From positions 167,221,741 to 167,285,740 of the forward strand of contig CM041465.1 of assembly GCA_023213395.1 (NCBI GenBank): DNA of 64,000 nt, written 5' to 3'. Both the position numbers and the translations under genes were made by a program. The DNA is from Cycas panzhihuaensis. Lineage: Eukaryota; Plantae; Cycadophyta. Below, in pieces: positions 52,079 through 64,000 of the stretch. Under the pieces are notes generated by a model that saw only the letters and a list, made by a program, of their open reading frames with translations, was not told the DNA's origin and ran no database searches. Numbering within the stretch: position 1 is the stretch's first letter; each line of letters opens with the position of its first letter.

Positions 52079-54268
52079 TGTTTCACCAAAACAGGCCTCC
52101 TTAGTTGTATTTGGATCATGTTAATAAATTGATGCATGTTTATGGTTTTATTGATATATGTTAATTCTACTTAATCGATTGGGCCTTATTTTATTGAATT
52201 AATGTATGTTTTTTTTATTGATGAAATGTAATGAATGATGATATGGCTTATATTCCTATCATTATATTGATGATGTAAACTATGGCAACAAAGTTTTATT
52301 TTATGACAAACTTAACTTTGTACTTCCTTCAAAGTTGGCTATTTTTATCTTATTTTTGAGATTTCACCCACATTTTCATCATTTATCACTTTTTGGGCTT
52401 GTACTTAATGCATTTCACCTCATTTTGGGCCTGTTTACTATTTGACAAAGTCATTTTTGTGATTGGAAACTCACTAGATATCAACTTTTATCAATCTTCG
52501 GTCAAATTTTTACTTTACTGAAATTGCATTTTTCACCCTGTGAAAAATACAACCAATCATATTTTTAGAATAAAATCATATTTTTTTGTAGGTGAAAAAC
52601 ATAACTGATTACATTTCTCACTGTCATGCAATAGAAAATTAGGCCAACGTGCCAAAATTCTATATGTCGCCACCCAGATATGATAGGATTTAGTCCTTTT
52701 ATGTCCAGAAGTGTTGAGAGAATGTGGGTGGTTGAGTATTAGAGAAGAAGAAGTGATTCTTACTCTAGTTGTGAGATTTTGTGAATTTCTTTGAGAATTC
52801 TTGAGGATTGCTATTGTGGCTTTAAAGACTTGATTTTTTGAAGTCTATTGGGTGAAATCTCAAAGAAGTTTTGTTGCTATGTTGCTGCTACTCGGTTGTT
52901 GATGGTCTAAGCTTTTATTTTCTTGGATCTTCATCAACTTTTACTTCAAACTTCTCTTGATTTGGTAAGATCTTTCCTATTAGCTCTCAAGTTTATTTCA
53001 TAAAGTTTTGAAGGTGATTTTAGCTCATAATTATTTCTTTTCATTGGTTGATTATTGTCATACTCTCGCTTGGACTTCTGTTACTAAAATATATGCTGAA
53101 AGATCTGTCGTTTGTGGGGTTCCTTAAGGATAGACTATGGTGGGGCATGGTCATCTCTCCATCATACATCTAGTTACTTCTTCCCACTCTCTCATAACAG
53201 CCTATATTCTAGTTGGATTGCTGCTCTTGTTTGGCATTCTTTGGCTCTTGTTTGGCCTCTTTAGATTGTTAATGCTTCATTCTTTGCTCTTATTTTGAAG
53301 GAAAGTGTATGGAAATTTAGTCAAGTGAAAAGAAAACTGCCATTCTAAGGTGCTCGTTATAATAGGAAAGGAATACTTGTCTTACATCTATCATTACATG
53401 CACTTTTATTTCAAGTTAACTCTTACATTTGGAGAATTAAAAGTTGATGGTGTTGTTTGGTTAGAGTATTTCTGATTTTCAGCTTTCATATTAGGTTCAA
53501 GGATTCCTTTTGGAGCTCTTACTACTCCAATCATGATAGAGCCTCTAATTGGTCTTGCATGCATGATCATTGTTCAAATTTATGACCCAAACATCATCTT
53601 ATAGGTCTAAAAACTATTAGAAAACAATAGTAGTTTCCTTTAAGAACTTCTTTTTCTATGCATTATTTCATCACTTTTAAAAGAATTAGTTGCATGTATC
53701 AAAGTTAGACCATATTAACTAGTCTTGCATGTAGTTTAATCTCTTTTGAAAAGAAATTTGCATAAAGATCATTTGGTTACTTTCAAATTTTTAGTATTAT
53801 TATTTCTTTCAAAGTAAAGTGTGCATGTAGGAAAGCTACTTTATAGTTGCATCTACATCTTTTATTTTGGGAACAAAATAAAAAGGACTTGCATGCATAG
53901 TTTCTAGTTTATTTATTTGTGATTTCATTATTAAAAAATAAATAAATAAAAAGATTGATATGAGTTTGATCTTGTGGTTTCTTTGATTGTATTGCCTTAC
54001 TCTCTCTTGGCTTTACATCTTTACAAGAATATCAAGACCTAGAAACTTAAACAAGTCAAACCATTATTCCCATTAACTTACCCTCTCTTACATCTTAGTA
54101 AAACTCAAAAAGTTGAACCAATTATAAGAGAGGAGTCCCTCAGAAGGATATTGAAGTGTGGCTCTGAACTTAGAACTCCTTTGTCAAGTCATGTAGGTTA
54201 GTGGATTCTATCACCCCACTTCACATCCATACCTTTCGTCGTACCCACTCTCACTAAGGTAGACAACA
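52079..54268 (+). repeat. 3' LTR of element B (about 2.2 kb)
   Basis: Begins TG just after the PPT. End is at 54265 or 54268, where the interrupted gene of element C resumes. Confidence 0.65.
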
Positions 54269-55230
54269 CTACTAGGCGAATACTCCTCCTTAGGAGTTAG
54301 GTAAAGATGGTCTTTTAGATCTCTTTTGAACTTCGTATTAGATCCTCCCCAAGCCCTAGACCATCTTTCCGGTAGCCTTCCTGAGCATCTAATCCCCTAG
54401 AACACCATCATCTTTCTAGGGATAGACTGCGAGCAACTAAGATAAAATTGGAAGAGATAATAGAGGTAATAATAGGATGGATCGAGGAGGAAGAAGAGGG
54501 GCATCGATCAATAGAGGAGAGGGAGGGAGTGGATAGGTTCTTAAGAGAGTAGATGAAGCACTAGGTGGGGGTAGAGGAGGTTCCATATAAAGCATAGAGC
54601 TAGGCTCAACAAATGAGCAGGGATAAGGAGGAGGGAGCAAAGTAGAAGAGGGGGAGCTTACCCAAGAGGCTCCCCAAGAGCTTTAGAAAGAGGAAGTGCC
54701 ACAGGTAGAGAAGGAGATAAATAAGGAGGTATTTTAGTTAATTAGTTTTACATATATTAAGTTATATTTTCTTTTTTATTATACGCTTTATTTCTAGGAG
54801 ACTAATCATGACTTATATATTTTCTATGGATAGATGATGAGATCATGACTCTGAGGGAGGTGAGGATACTAGAGTTGATATTCTCTTATGTTCTTATATT
54901 GGAGAAGGCTTCAACATGGAACATGGTAGATCATACACTATTGGAATACCATATTAGCTACTTTAGTCATGCACTTCGAGCTCGAGACATATTCATGGAC
55001 ACGAGAGCAGGGTTGAGACTACGGGAGTTAAAGCTTACAGTAAATGAAGATGAGAGACATCATGTACATACAATGACATTGGCATAGGTGGGAGTGCAAG
55101 TTACTATATTAGGGAGTACTATAGTGTAGCATGGATGACACCTTCCACCTCGTAGAGAGTCTAAACAATGATAGACTTCAAGTAGAGGGGAGAGGGCAGA
55201 TCCAGGACCATAGGAAAGATCTCATTAGGG
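54269..55230 (+). pseudogene. 3' part of the antisense accessory gene of element C
   Basis: Gly/Glu/Arg-rich exon, GT-AG intron 54729-54833, then DEIMTLREVRILELIFSYVL homologous to B DEIVTLREVQRMLEVIFPYVL. Confidence 0.7.
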
Positions 55231-56155
55231 ATCATAGAGATCAATGTATTTTGTATATATAGAGTGATAGGAGGGAGATACGAGGTATTTTTTAAGCCTC
55301 AACTATTTTATCATGAGTCGCATGAGTGACAAATGTACCATATTACCTTTGTATATGTATATATATTGACCACTTTTCTTTAAAACTTATATGTAATGAA
55401 TTATTAACTCTAAACTCTTTTCCCCCTCATTTCCATTTTAGTAAATTAAATATAATATACATTCATGAGTGTGATGGTCCATAGAAACATGCAATAATTT
55501 TAACATTTTCTTTTTGTCATTTTATATATATTTTTAATTTTTCACTAGTATGTACATGGTAGTTTATACTCATTTTGGAGTGTGAATAGGTTTTAAAAAG
55601 AAAAAAATTACGAGTAATGAAGGATAGAAAATAAATAAAGATAAAGGGAGTAAATAAAAGGCTTACTAATTCTATTTCTATAAATATAAAACCATTTAAA
55701 ATAAATGGTAATAGGTTTATAAAAGTAGAAGATGGAATACCATAAATATCTCAAAAGAAAAACTCAAATGATTCACATCATACTCCTGACGGATTATATA
55801 AATATAGTGTAAAATCCACATCCATATAATATATCATAAAGAAAACATTTTATTTACTGAGTAAAAGACTAATCTCACTTAATAAGCAACTAGTTTTCTG
55901 AGTATATTAGATTCCACATTGCCTTCTTCTAGGGACAAGAAGTTTTTAGGATCTTACCCCTTGCGAAGATCCTCCATGGACCAAGATTCCCATGTGGTTT
56001 TATCCTTTCAAATACTTCATTTGATTTTTAGACCTATAATCTTAACCTTTACACTACTTTAAATGTTATCTTATAAAACCAGTAGTTTATATACTTTATG
56101 GAGGGGTACTTTATACTCATTCTAAAGTAAGTTGCCCCTAGCCAAAAGATGAGAG

Positions 56156-56556
56156 TCAATCAAAGTAATCATCCAAGATAGAAAAGACAAGAGTTTTAAC
56201 TTCAGTATTAAGGGACTAAGGAACATATTGGATAATAACTGAAGAAAATAGTGATAATAATGATAAGGCCTGATGGTGAAGAAGGAGTTATGAAGAGTGC
56301 ACCTGATATATCCCCACCAGTTGGTAGACTACAACCTGAGATTAGAATATATGATGATGGGTCCAAGATAAGAGTGAGAGATATCAAATAAGGATCCTAT
56401 AATGGCAAAATATTTAACTTTATTATTAGCTGCTCTAGGTATAAATAAGGCAGTAGAGAGAAGAGGATTTCTTAATTGGTTATAGATCACCCAAGTAGCA
56501 GTAGAAGATATTGGGTTATCTCTATTACCTTTATCAGTGAATACACTTAATGCCAT
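56156..56556 (-). pseudogene. Stand-alone aRH ORF of element C
   Basis: MALSVFTDKGNRDNPISS..AANNKVKYFAIIGSL; same start codon position and near-identical length as 47201-47602. Confidence 0.85.
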
Positions 56557-59500
56557 AGGAAGATAGGACCAGTATTTGGAGATGGTGTGATCAATAAAGA
56601 AAGGTATAGGAATCAATCAATAAGGAGATGGTAGTGAATGAGATTAGTTCTAATTATTAAAGAAAAAAAAAAATCATAATTGAGATGATCATAATTAATA
56701 AGAACAAAATATATCAATCATGGTTCAATTATAGTTGAGGCCATGGTGGAGCCAAGAAGTTAGACCTAAAAATCCTGAATGACTCATCCAAATAAACATG
56801 ACTTATTAGATGGATAGTGGGGGATGAAGCTATCATGTGACTTGCCTTAGATTACAAGAGGATGATAATAATATGCTTTTCTTTTTTTTTTCTTTGACTT
56901 TTTTTTAATAATTTTTTACTTTTATTTTCTACTTTTTATAAGAACAAAGTCATAATCATCCAATTACAAAATTCTCTTTTACTCAATACAATAAGGATTT
57001 ATCCTTTTCAATGGAATACGAGATGAAAGAGACCAATCTCCTTAAGGATTAAACCATGAGAAAAAGAGGAGATCAAAATCATATTATCTCCAAACGTAAA
57101 GGGAATGTGGAAGAATGTGTATTCACTTCAAAATATAGATAGAGTAAACCAAGGATAATAAAAGTAACCAAAAGAAAGTAGTAGGTGATATATGACTAAG
57201 AAGGAATCCTTAAGGTGAAAGACTAACAAGTAGAAGTATGACCTAAGAAAATGATAAAATATCTAAAGTTGATAAACTAATCTCTTGTTTCGAGGATGAA
57301 AATGAATGATAGGGCTTAGGGGCCAAATTCTCTCTTAAGCACATAGTTTAAAAGAAAAGAAAATTAAAACCTCAAAGAAGAGAACTCACAATCAACGTAA
57401 ATACTAGAAAGAGCAAAAGACTTATATGATCATGAATAAGAACTTAAAGAAAGTAAGAATAGCTCAAGGAAATATGAGAAAAGACTAAAGAAATGAATTG
57501 CTCATAGTTTTAGCTTATTAGACAAGAAGAAAGATTTAGAGCCATAGTTTATCCCCATTATAGAGGTAATGAAGAGCACTACTAGGCATAAAACTTTCTC
57601 AAATATTGAGATTTCACTAGCTTTTTAAATTCTGAACTTTCTATTATTGAGATTCGATAAGCTCTATTATTCAAATCTTCAATTACCATGTAAGGACCAA
57701 CCCACTTAGGAGAAAACTTATGTTGCTTATTAGGGAGATATTCTAACTTTAACAGTTTATTGCCAACACAAAACTTCTTAGGCCTACGTTGCCTATCGTA
57801 AGAAGCCTAGACTCTAGCCTTAGATGCCATATTATTTTGCAAGGCTTGTAATAGAGACTCATCTAGTTTTCTGAGTTCCAAGAGGTGTGCTTCCCTTTGG
57901 AACTCTTCATTAGTAAATTATTTCAACGAGACATACAAAGAAGGAATTTCAACTTCTAATGGAAGAACAACCTCAATACCATAAATAAGAGATAATGATG
58001 TCATACTTGTAGCATTCCTAATGGAGGTTTTATAAGCCCATAATACTGGAAATAACTAAACGTGCCAATCTCTATGAGAGGTTGCAACCGTTTTAGCTAA
58101 AATCTTAGCTAAAGTCTTGTTAAAGGCTTCAACTTAGCCATTTGCCTGAGGGTGATATGGGGCTAACAATCTATGGGTAATATGGAATTTGTTGCATAAT
58201 TCATTGACATGGGGATTACAAAATAAAGTCCTATTATCAGTAATAATAATATCTGGTACTCCAAATCTACGAATGATATACTAAAAAATAAGAGTGGAAA
58301 CAATCTTTTCAGTAGCAGTGACTAATATAATGGCTTTGCTCCATTTAGTAAAGTATTGAGTTGTAGTTATAATAAACTTATGACCATTAGATAATGCTAG
58401 AAAGATTTGGCCAATGAGGTTGAAGCCCCATTAGGAAAAAGGCTAAGGTGAAATAATTGATTTTAATTCTTACGTAGGTTTATATATTAAGGTCACATGA
58501 GATTGATATTTCTAACATTGTTGTATATAATTATGAGCATCTTTAAATAAGATGGGCCAACAATAACCTATACGAAGAATACATTAGGCTATCGATTGAC
58601 CACCAAAATATTTACCACACATTCCTTTATAGGATTTTGTCAAGGCTTTAAGTGTTTCATCAATAGAAAGGTATTGCAATAGAATTCCATTAAAAGAACA
58701 TTTGTAAAATATATCGTCAAGCAAAAGATATTACCTAGTAGTAGCTCAAATTTGTCTTCTCTTCTTAGATGTATAAGGAGAAGGAAAAGATTGATTGTGA
58801 AGGTGGGACCTAATTTTTCCATACCATGGATCGTTAAATGGGATATCCTAGATATAGAGGATATGTTAATCAAGAAGAGTATCATCAATAAGTTATTTAG
58901 CAGGGTTAAGAAGAGGAGCATCAACCATGATCTCTACAATGACCATGCCCTTCTTAAAGCTTCTATTAACAATTTAAAAACCAAACTCTTGTAGCAACAA
59001 GGACCATTTACCTAATCATTCAGTAGGATTAGATTTGGTAAGCAAATATCTAATAGGATCAAACTAAATAATAAGGTAGAGCTTACTCCCAAGAAGGCAG
59101 TGGTATAACTTCTTAGTAGTAAATATTAAAGTAAGACATTCTTTTTCAAGAAGGGGATAATGAAGTTCAGCAGCCACTAAAGTCCTACTAAAAATATATA
59201 TGGCTCATTCTTTACCAAAGTCATCCTCTTATGTCAGCATACCTGCTAATGATTCTTTAGTAGATGAAGTATACATAATAGAAGTTTTATCAAACCTTAG
59301 GGAAGCAAGTATAGATGCTGAGATCAAGGCTTGCTTCAACTTATTAAAGGGTTCTTAAACTTGAGGAGTCCATTGTAAGTCAATGTATTTCCTCAAAAGA
59401 TTTATGATAGGCTTGGCATCTAAAGTGAAATTAGCAATGAAACATCTTAAAAAACCAAGTCTACCTAAAAAGGATTTAATTTGTTTCAACAATTGGCTTT

Positions 59501-62500
59501 ATCTTATCAAGATCAATTCTAATCCCATCGTGAGAAATAATATTTCCTAGCATTCTTCCTAACATCATGACAAAAACACATTTAGACTAATTAAGACACA
59601 AATGATATTTCTTACATGTTTCAAAGATTATTCAGAGGTCATGCACATGGTCTTGTCTTTTGTGAGAAAGGGTAAGCATGTCATCTAAGTACACAATAAT
59701 AACATTACCAATCAAATCATAAAAAATGTGAACCATTACTCTTTGATAGGTTGCATCAGTATTTTTTAATCTAAAAGGCATGACTTTATACATGAAAGTG
59801 CCCTAAGAAGTAGTAAAAGTAGTCTTATGATGATCTCAAGGTGAGATGGAAATCTAATTATAACCAAAAATACCATCCATAAAGAACTTCATCTCAAAAC
59901 CAAACGTTTCGTCCTAAATTTGATCAAGAAAAGGGAGAGGAAAATTGTCTTTAGGACATGCCTCATTAATATCTCAAAAATTGATGTAAATTCAAATTGA
60001 ACTATTTCTCTTTATAATTGGAATTATAGTAGAGACCCATTAAGAGTAATCAATACTCTCAATAAATCTAACTCCTAACAACTTCTTGACTTCTTGTTTA
60101 ATAATAATAGAGAGATGCAAGTAAATAGGATATTATTTTTATCGTTTAGTTTTAAAGCTAGGAGTAATGGTAATATTATGCTCAACAACTTGGGGATTAA
60201 GGCCATGAATATCTTTATAATCCCAGTGAAGATCGAATAGAACTCACAAAAGAGATCTTTAAATTGAGTAATCTCTTAGGAAGCACAACTAACTCCTAAT
60301 TTGATAACCTTAGGGGTATCACCTAGTTTTAAGTCTACATCAATCGTCGATTAAATAAGCATAGTATTTTCATCTTCAAAATAAGAAGGAATAGGTTCTA
60401 TTAGAGAATCTAACTCCTAAGGTTAGGAATGATCAAATAATGATGAACCAGGTTCTATTACGTTTGAAAAACCCAACCTATGATGTCCATTGGGAAGACT
60501 AGAAGATGACCTTATTAAATATTTGAGAATTGCCTTGTCATTCTGAAAATAATCAAGGTGGAAAAGGTCAATGAAGAGTAAATTTCTCGATAGGTTAGCG
60601 AGTAAGTAAGAGGGCCTAAAACATAAAGGAGATTTAAACAAATAGCCTGGATGAGTAGGAATAAACTCAATGATTAAAGAAACTTAAGAGAAAAGAACAG
60701 GCCTATCAATGAATTCCCAAGTTGATATAAAAATTCAGTCAAAATCTTGATGATACAAATGATGATCTTGATTACATAAAGACATCAAGATGAGAGATGC
60801 TGGATAAGGATCTACAGAAGGATAGGAAGGAAAAGAAATAATAGAAACCAAACTCACTTCTCATACATGAGTAGGAGTATTTTGATTACATTAAAATGTA
60901 TTAAGTGTATCAGTATCCTCTCTACATGATTCTAAGCCTAGATGCTAATATAACATCATCTTTTTCTCATGTCTATTCAACCAAGTAATAAAGAGAAGGG
61001 ATCGAGAAAAAAGATATACAACATCAACATACACATCATGTAAAAGAGAAACTATATGAGTAATCAAAAAAGGGTTCATAATAGGAGAAACTAAAGGACT
61101 TGGTATTAAAGGCAAACATAAAACCTGTGAGAAGTGAGTTTGAACAGGAAAGGGAAAATTCACATTAATAGCTTTTCTTAAAGGTATTTCCTCATAAGAT
61201 ATGATAGAAAGTGAAGTTACTTTTTAATCCCATGAGGAAGAGGAAACTGAAGATTGATTAGTCAAATCCAAAGACCGAGAAGTGAATGAGGAACTTAATG
61301 AAATAGGGACAATCTCCACTAAATCAACATCCTTTACTTCTTCCTAAATAGAAAGAGTTTCAATGGCAAAGTATTGACTTAAACCTAATGATTGAAAGAA
61401 ATACTTTGAAAAGTTAGATGATTCACCAAGCTTAAAAGAGATTTCAATAAGTGGGACTGACTATTTGATTGGTTTAGATTTTTACTTTATAATTTTTAAT
61501 TATCCCTCATGAATGAATTTAAGTTCACCAAAGAGGGAAGAATAAATTGTAGCCATTTAGGTAATCCATAGTCTACCTAAAAGGATACTATACTCCAAGT
61601 CAAGATCAATGATAGTCAACTTAGTGAGAACTATATTTCCTTCCAATGTAAAAGGGAGAGTGACTTGACCTAGGGGGACTTTTTTATTCTTATAATATCC
61701 TTGGGAAATCCACTCATATAGATCAAAAACTAAAATTTCTAAATTCTCAACAAGGTGAAGAGGGATTACATTAATAGATAATCTCTCATCAATAATAAAA
61801 TGTTTGATATTGATATCATTCTTTATTATCTTAATATAGAATATAGGTATATCATTTTGTATATGAGAAAAATGATTAGACAAGGTAGCTAGGTCAAATG
61901 ATAGTGTAGAACTAGATGAAGAGACTATGATAGGAGCTCCCAATGCATCAAACAAGAGTTGATGTTGCTGAGGGTAATACTTTAATAAATCAATAACTAG
62001 AATACCTACAGGAATGGTCTTTAACTTATTGATTAAAGAGAATGATCCATCCTTCATACTTGAGGGAATAGATCTAAACCTAATGGGACATTGGGTATAA
62101 GAGGTAAAGAGTCAATATTATTCACTATCAAATCATCAGGTGATTTAGATGGACCTACACTCTTTGTTGTCTCCACCATATTTATTATTCTCTTAGTCTC
62201 ACCACCTTTGGGAGGTGGGTGAGTTTGATTACTAATTTATTTAGTCAAAGGATTAAGAGGAGTTATATTCTTCTTCAATAAATTATAACCAAAAGGCTCA
62301 TATTCATCATTGTGAACCTATTTTTCCTTACTCTTATCGCCCTTATTTCTTTTATCATTATGTTGAGGTAAGAGGTCCTTGTGAATCATTTGATCTTGTG
62401 ATATTTTAGAGGGATGGTTTAATTGAACATTCATATTTTAAGTGATCATTTAGACTATGTGGTATTTACTTCTATCATGGGTGTTAATTTGATGATATAA

Positions 62501-64000
62501 ATACCATTTTATGCTTTTTAAAGAAGGAGGAGGTGGAGGAGGACCTTATTTTTTCCTTCCTTTAGTAAGATGGATTACTTTTGTTTCCTGAGAGGGTTGA
62601 ATTTGAGAAGAACCATAAACATGTAACTTAGTATTGATCACATACTCCAATAATCTAATGAAATAAGTTAAGTGATCATAGGTAGGTTTAGGATAGGAAG
62701 CTTTTGTTGTTTGAATAGTTTCTTTAGAAAGTGCAAGTTTCCCAACCTTCTTAATACCTGCATGAATCTTAAATATTTCCAAAGCTAAACATCAATCAAT
62801 AGCTCTTTATAGATTTGAGGACCAAGTTTTATAACTTTAAGGTGTACATGTAGCCTCAAAGCATTAGTAAATAGATCAAATAGGAGACTATGACTAAGAC
62901 ATAAATGGCAAGCATGTACTTCATTTTGCAACTTTCTCATAAAGTCTTTAGAGGTTTCATCATGATTTTGTTTGATAACCAAAAGGGACTTAGATGCTAG
63001 ATTTGAATGGTCTCACTACATCAAAATAGTTGATAAAAGAATCAACTAATTGTTGAAATGAGAGGATAAAAGCTGAAGAAAATTAGTAAAATAATTTCAA
63101 GGCATCACGTAGAAGTGATTTAGGAAACAAGCACATCATGATGTAATTAGTTGGCATGGAATCTACATAAGCAAGTGCAAACACTTGTATATAACAAGCA
63201 AGGTCTTGAGAGGAGTCACCTAAAAATTTAGGTAACTTAGGAAGAAATGGAGACATGGGAGATGAAAAGACCTCATAGGAAAAGGGGGACTTCATGTAGT
63301 CAAGAAAAGGTTTCCTTGGCCTTAATATAGTAGGACATTAAGGCAAGGATGATGGATGTGGAATAAAAGAAAGAATAGTTTGTTATTATTTTTGTTGGGT
63401 AATGGAGTGAGATGGAAGAGTAGATGAAGGATTAAACCAAGTTGTAAGGTTAACTATAGAGTTGGTTTGTAGCATAGGATATTGTGGAAGGATTGGATTA
63501 AATGAAGAAAAAGAGACTAGTTATAGGGTAGGTCTAGGAATATTTGATGAAGAAGTAGGCTTTCCAACTCCTAAAATATGAGATTGACTAAGTGAGGTAT
63601 AAGGATGAATGGAATGGTTATGAGAAACATGTTGGGTAGAAGGAGATACATTAAGTATTCTAAGAGAAGATGCATAAGGTCTAATGCCTTGTGGAATAAA
63701 CATATGGGATGTGTAAGCTAATAATTGAGTTGAAGAAAGAATAGGATGAGAGGGGGTAACCCTAGTGGTATAGGAATGGATAGGTTGCAGACTTAGTGAA
63801 GGTGAGACCACTTGACTCGAGGTAGGAGCATGAGAAGGACTGGGGTTATCATAGATGGGAATAGTAAAGGTATCTCCATGTGTAAAAGGTTCCACATAAG
63901 GAGAATGGATTCAAACTTGTAACCTAGAAGGAGAGGGAGGAGGCTAAAAATGAACTAACTTGTAATCTTCTACCTCCTCTAAAGGAGGAGAATGAGGTCT

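Larger units (their letters stand above)
41656..54268 (+). mobile_element. Tat-type gypsy element B: gag, PR, RT (RH and INT deleted), long 3' region, PPT, 3' LTR
   Basis: Gag homologous to A and C; RT CPKDNFPLPFL, MDGFSGYN, YLDD. Jump to 3' UTR near 45966. PPT AAGGGGGC at 52068. LTR TGTTTCACC(52079)...GGTAGACAACA(54268). Confidence 0.85.
54269..64000 (-). mobile_element. Tat-type gypsy element C: gag, PR, RT, RH, INT, aRH, antisense gene; decayed
   Basis: Gag LPKFLGDSSQD; PR FIIDER..ILLGRLW; RT YLDD near 59685; INT APYHPQANG and FSPKWVGPY, stop at 57582. 3' region colinear with B. Confidence 0.92.

Noticed and set aside
32694-54268. A single intact giant element with paired LTRs
   Set aside because: The two LTRs have different termini and only loose similarity, gag-RT is duplicated, and the flanks belong to different host elements.

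Overview
Plant heterochromatin-type window, most likely from a gymnosperm (inferred from the Tat-lineage architecture and heavy C>T/G>A decay). It consists almost entirely of nested, degenerate LTR retrotransposons, and no host gene was recognised. Left to right: (1) 3' end of a Tork/Tnt1-like copia (1-2568); (2) an old minus-strand non-autonomous element (2569-4254); (3) an orphan LTR-like block; (4) a second copia (5489-10033); (5) a near-complete chromovirus (10034-16709); (6) decayed minus-strand gypsy elements, interrupted by a young, CpG-rich, non-autonomous gag-only copia derivative (22931-27881) whose LTRs contain fossil PBS copies; (7) CRM-like and chromovirus fragments; (8) three related Tat-type gypsy elements (A 32694-41655 +, B 41656-54268 +, C 54269-64000 -). 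The 3' region of B and C is the most interesting part. It holds arrays of short hairpins with a conserved 14-nt loop (AYGAGNNTAAACTA) and covarying stems, a stand-alone archaeal-type RNase H ORF after integrase, an internal PPT-like tract, and a spliced antisense PMD-like gene. All calls come from reading the sequence by eye; no searches were run, and boundaries of decayed elements are approximate.
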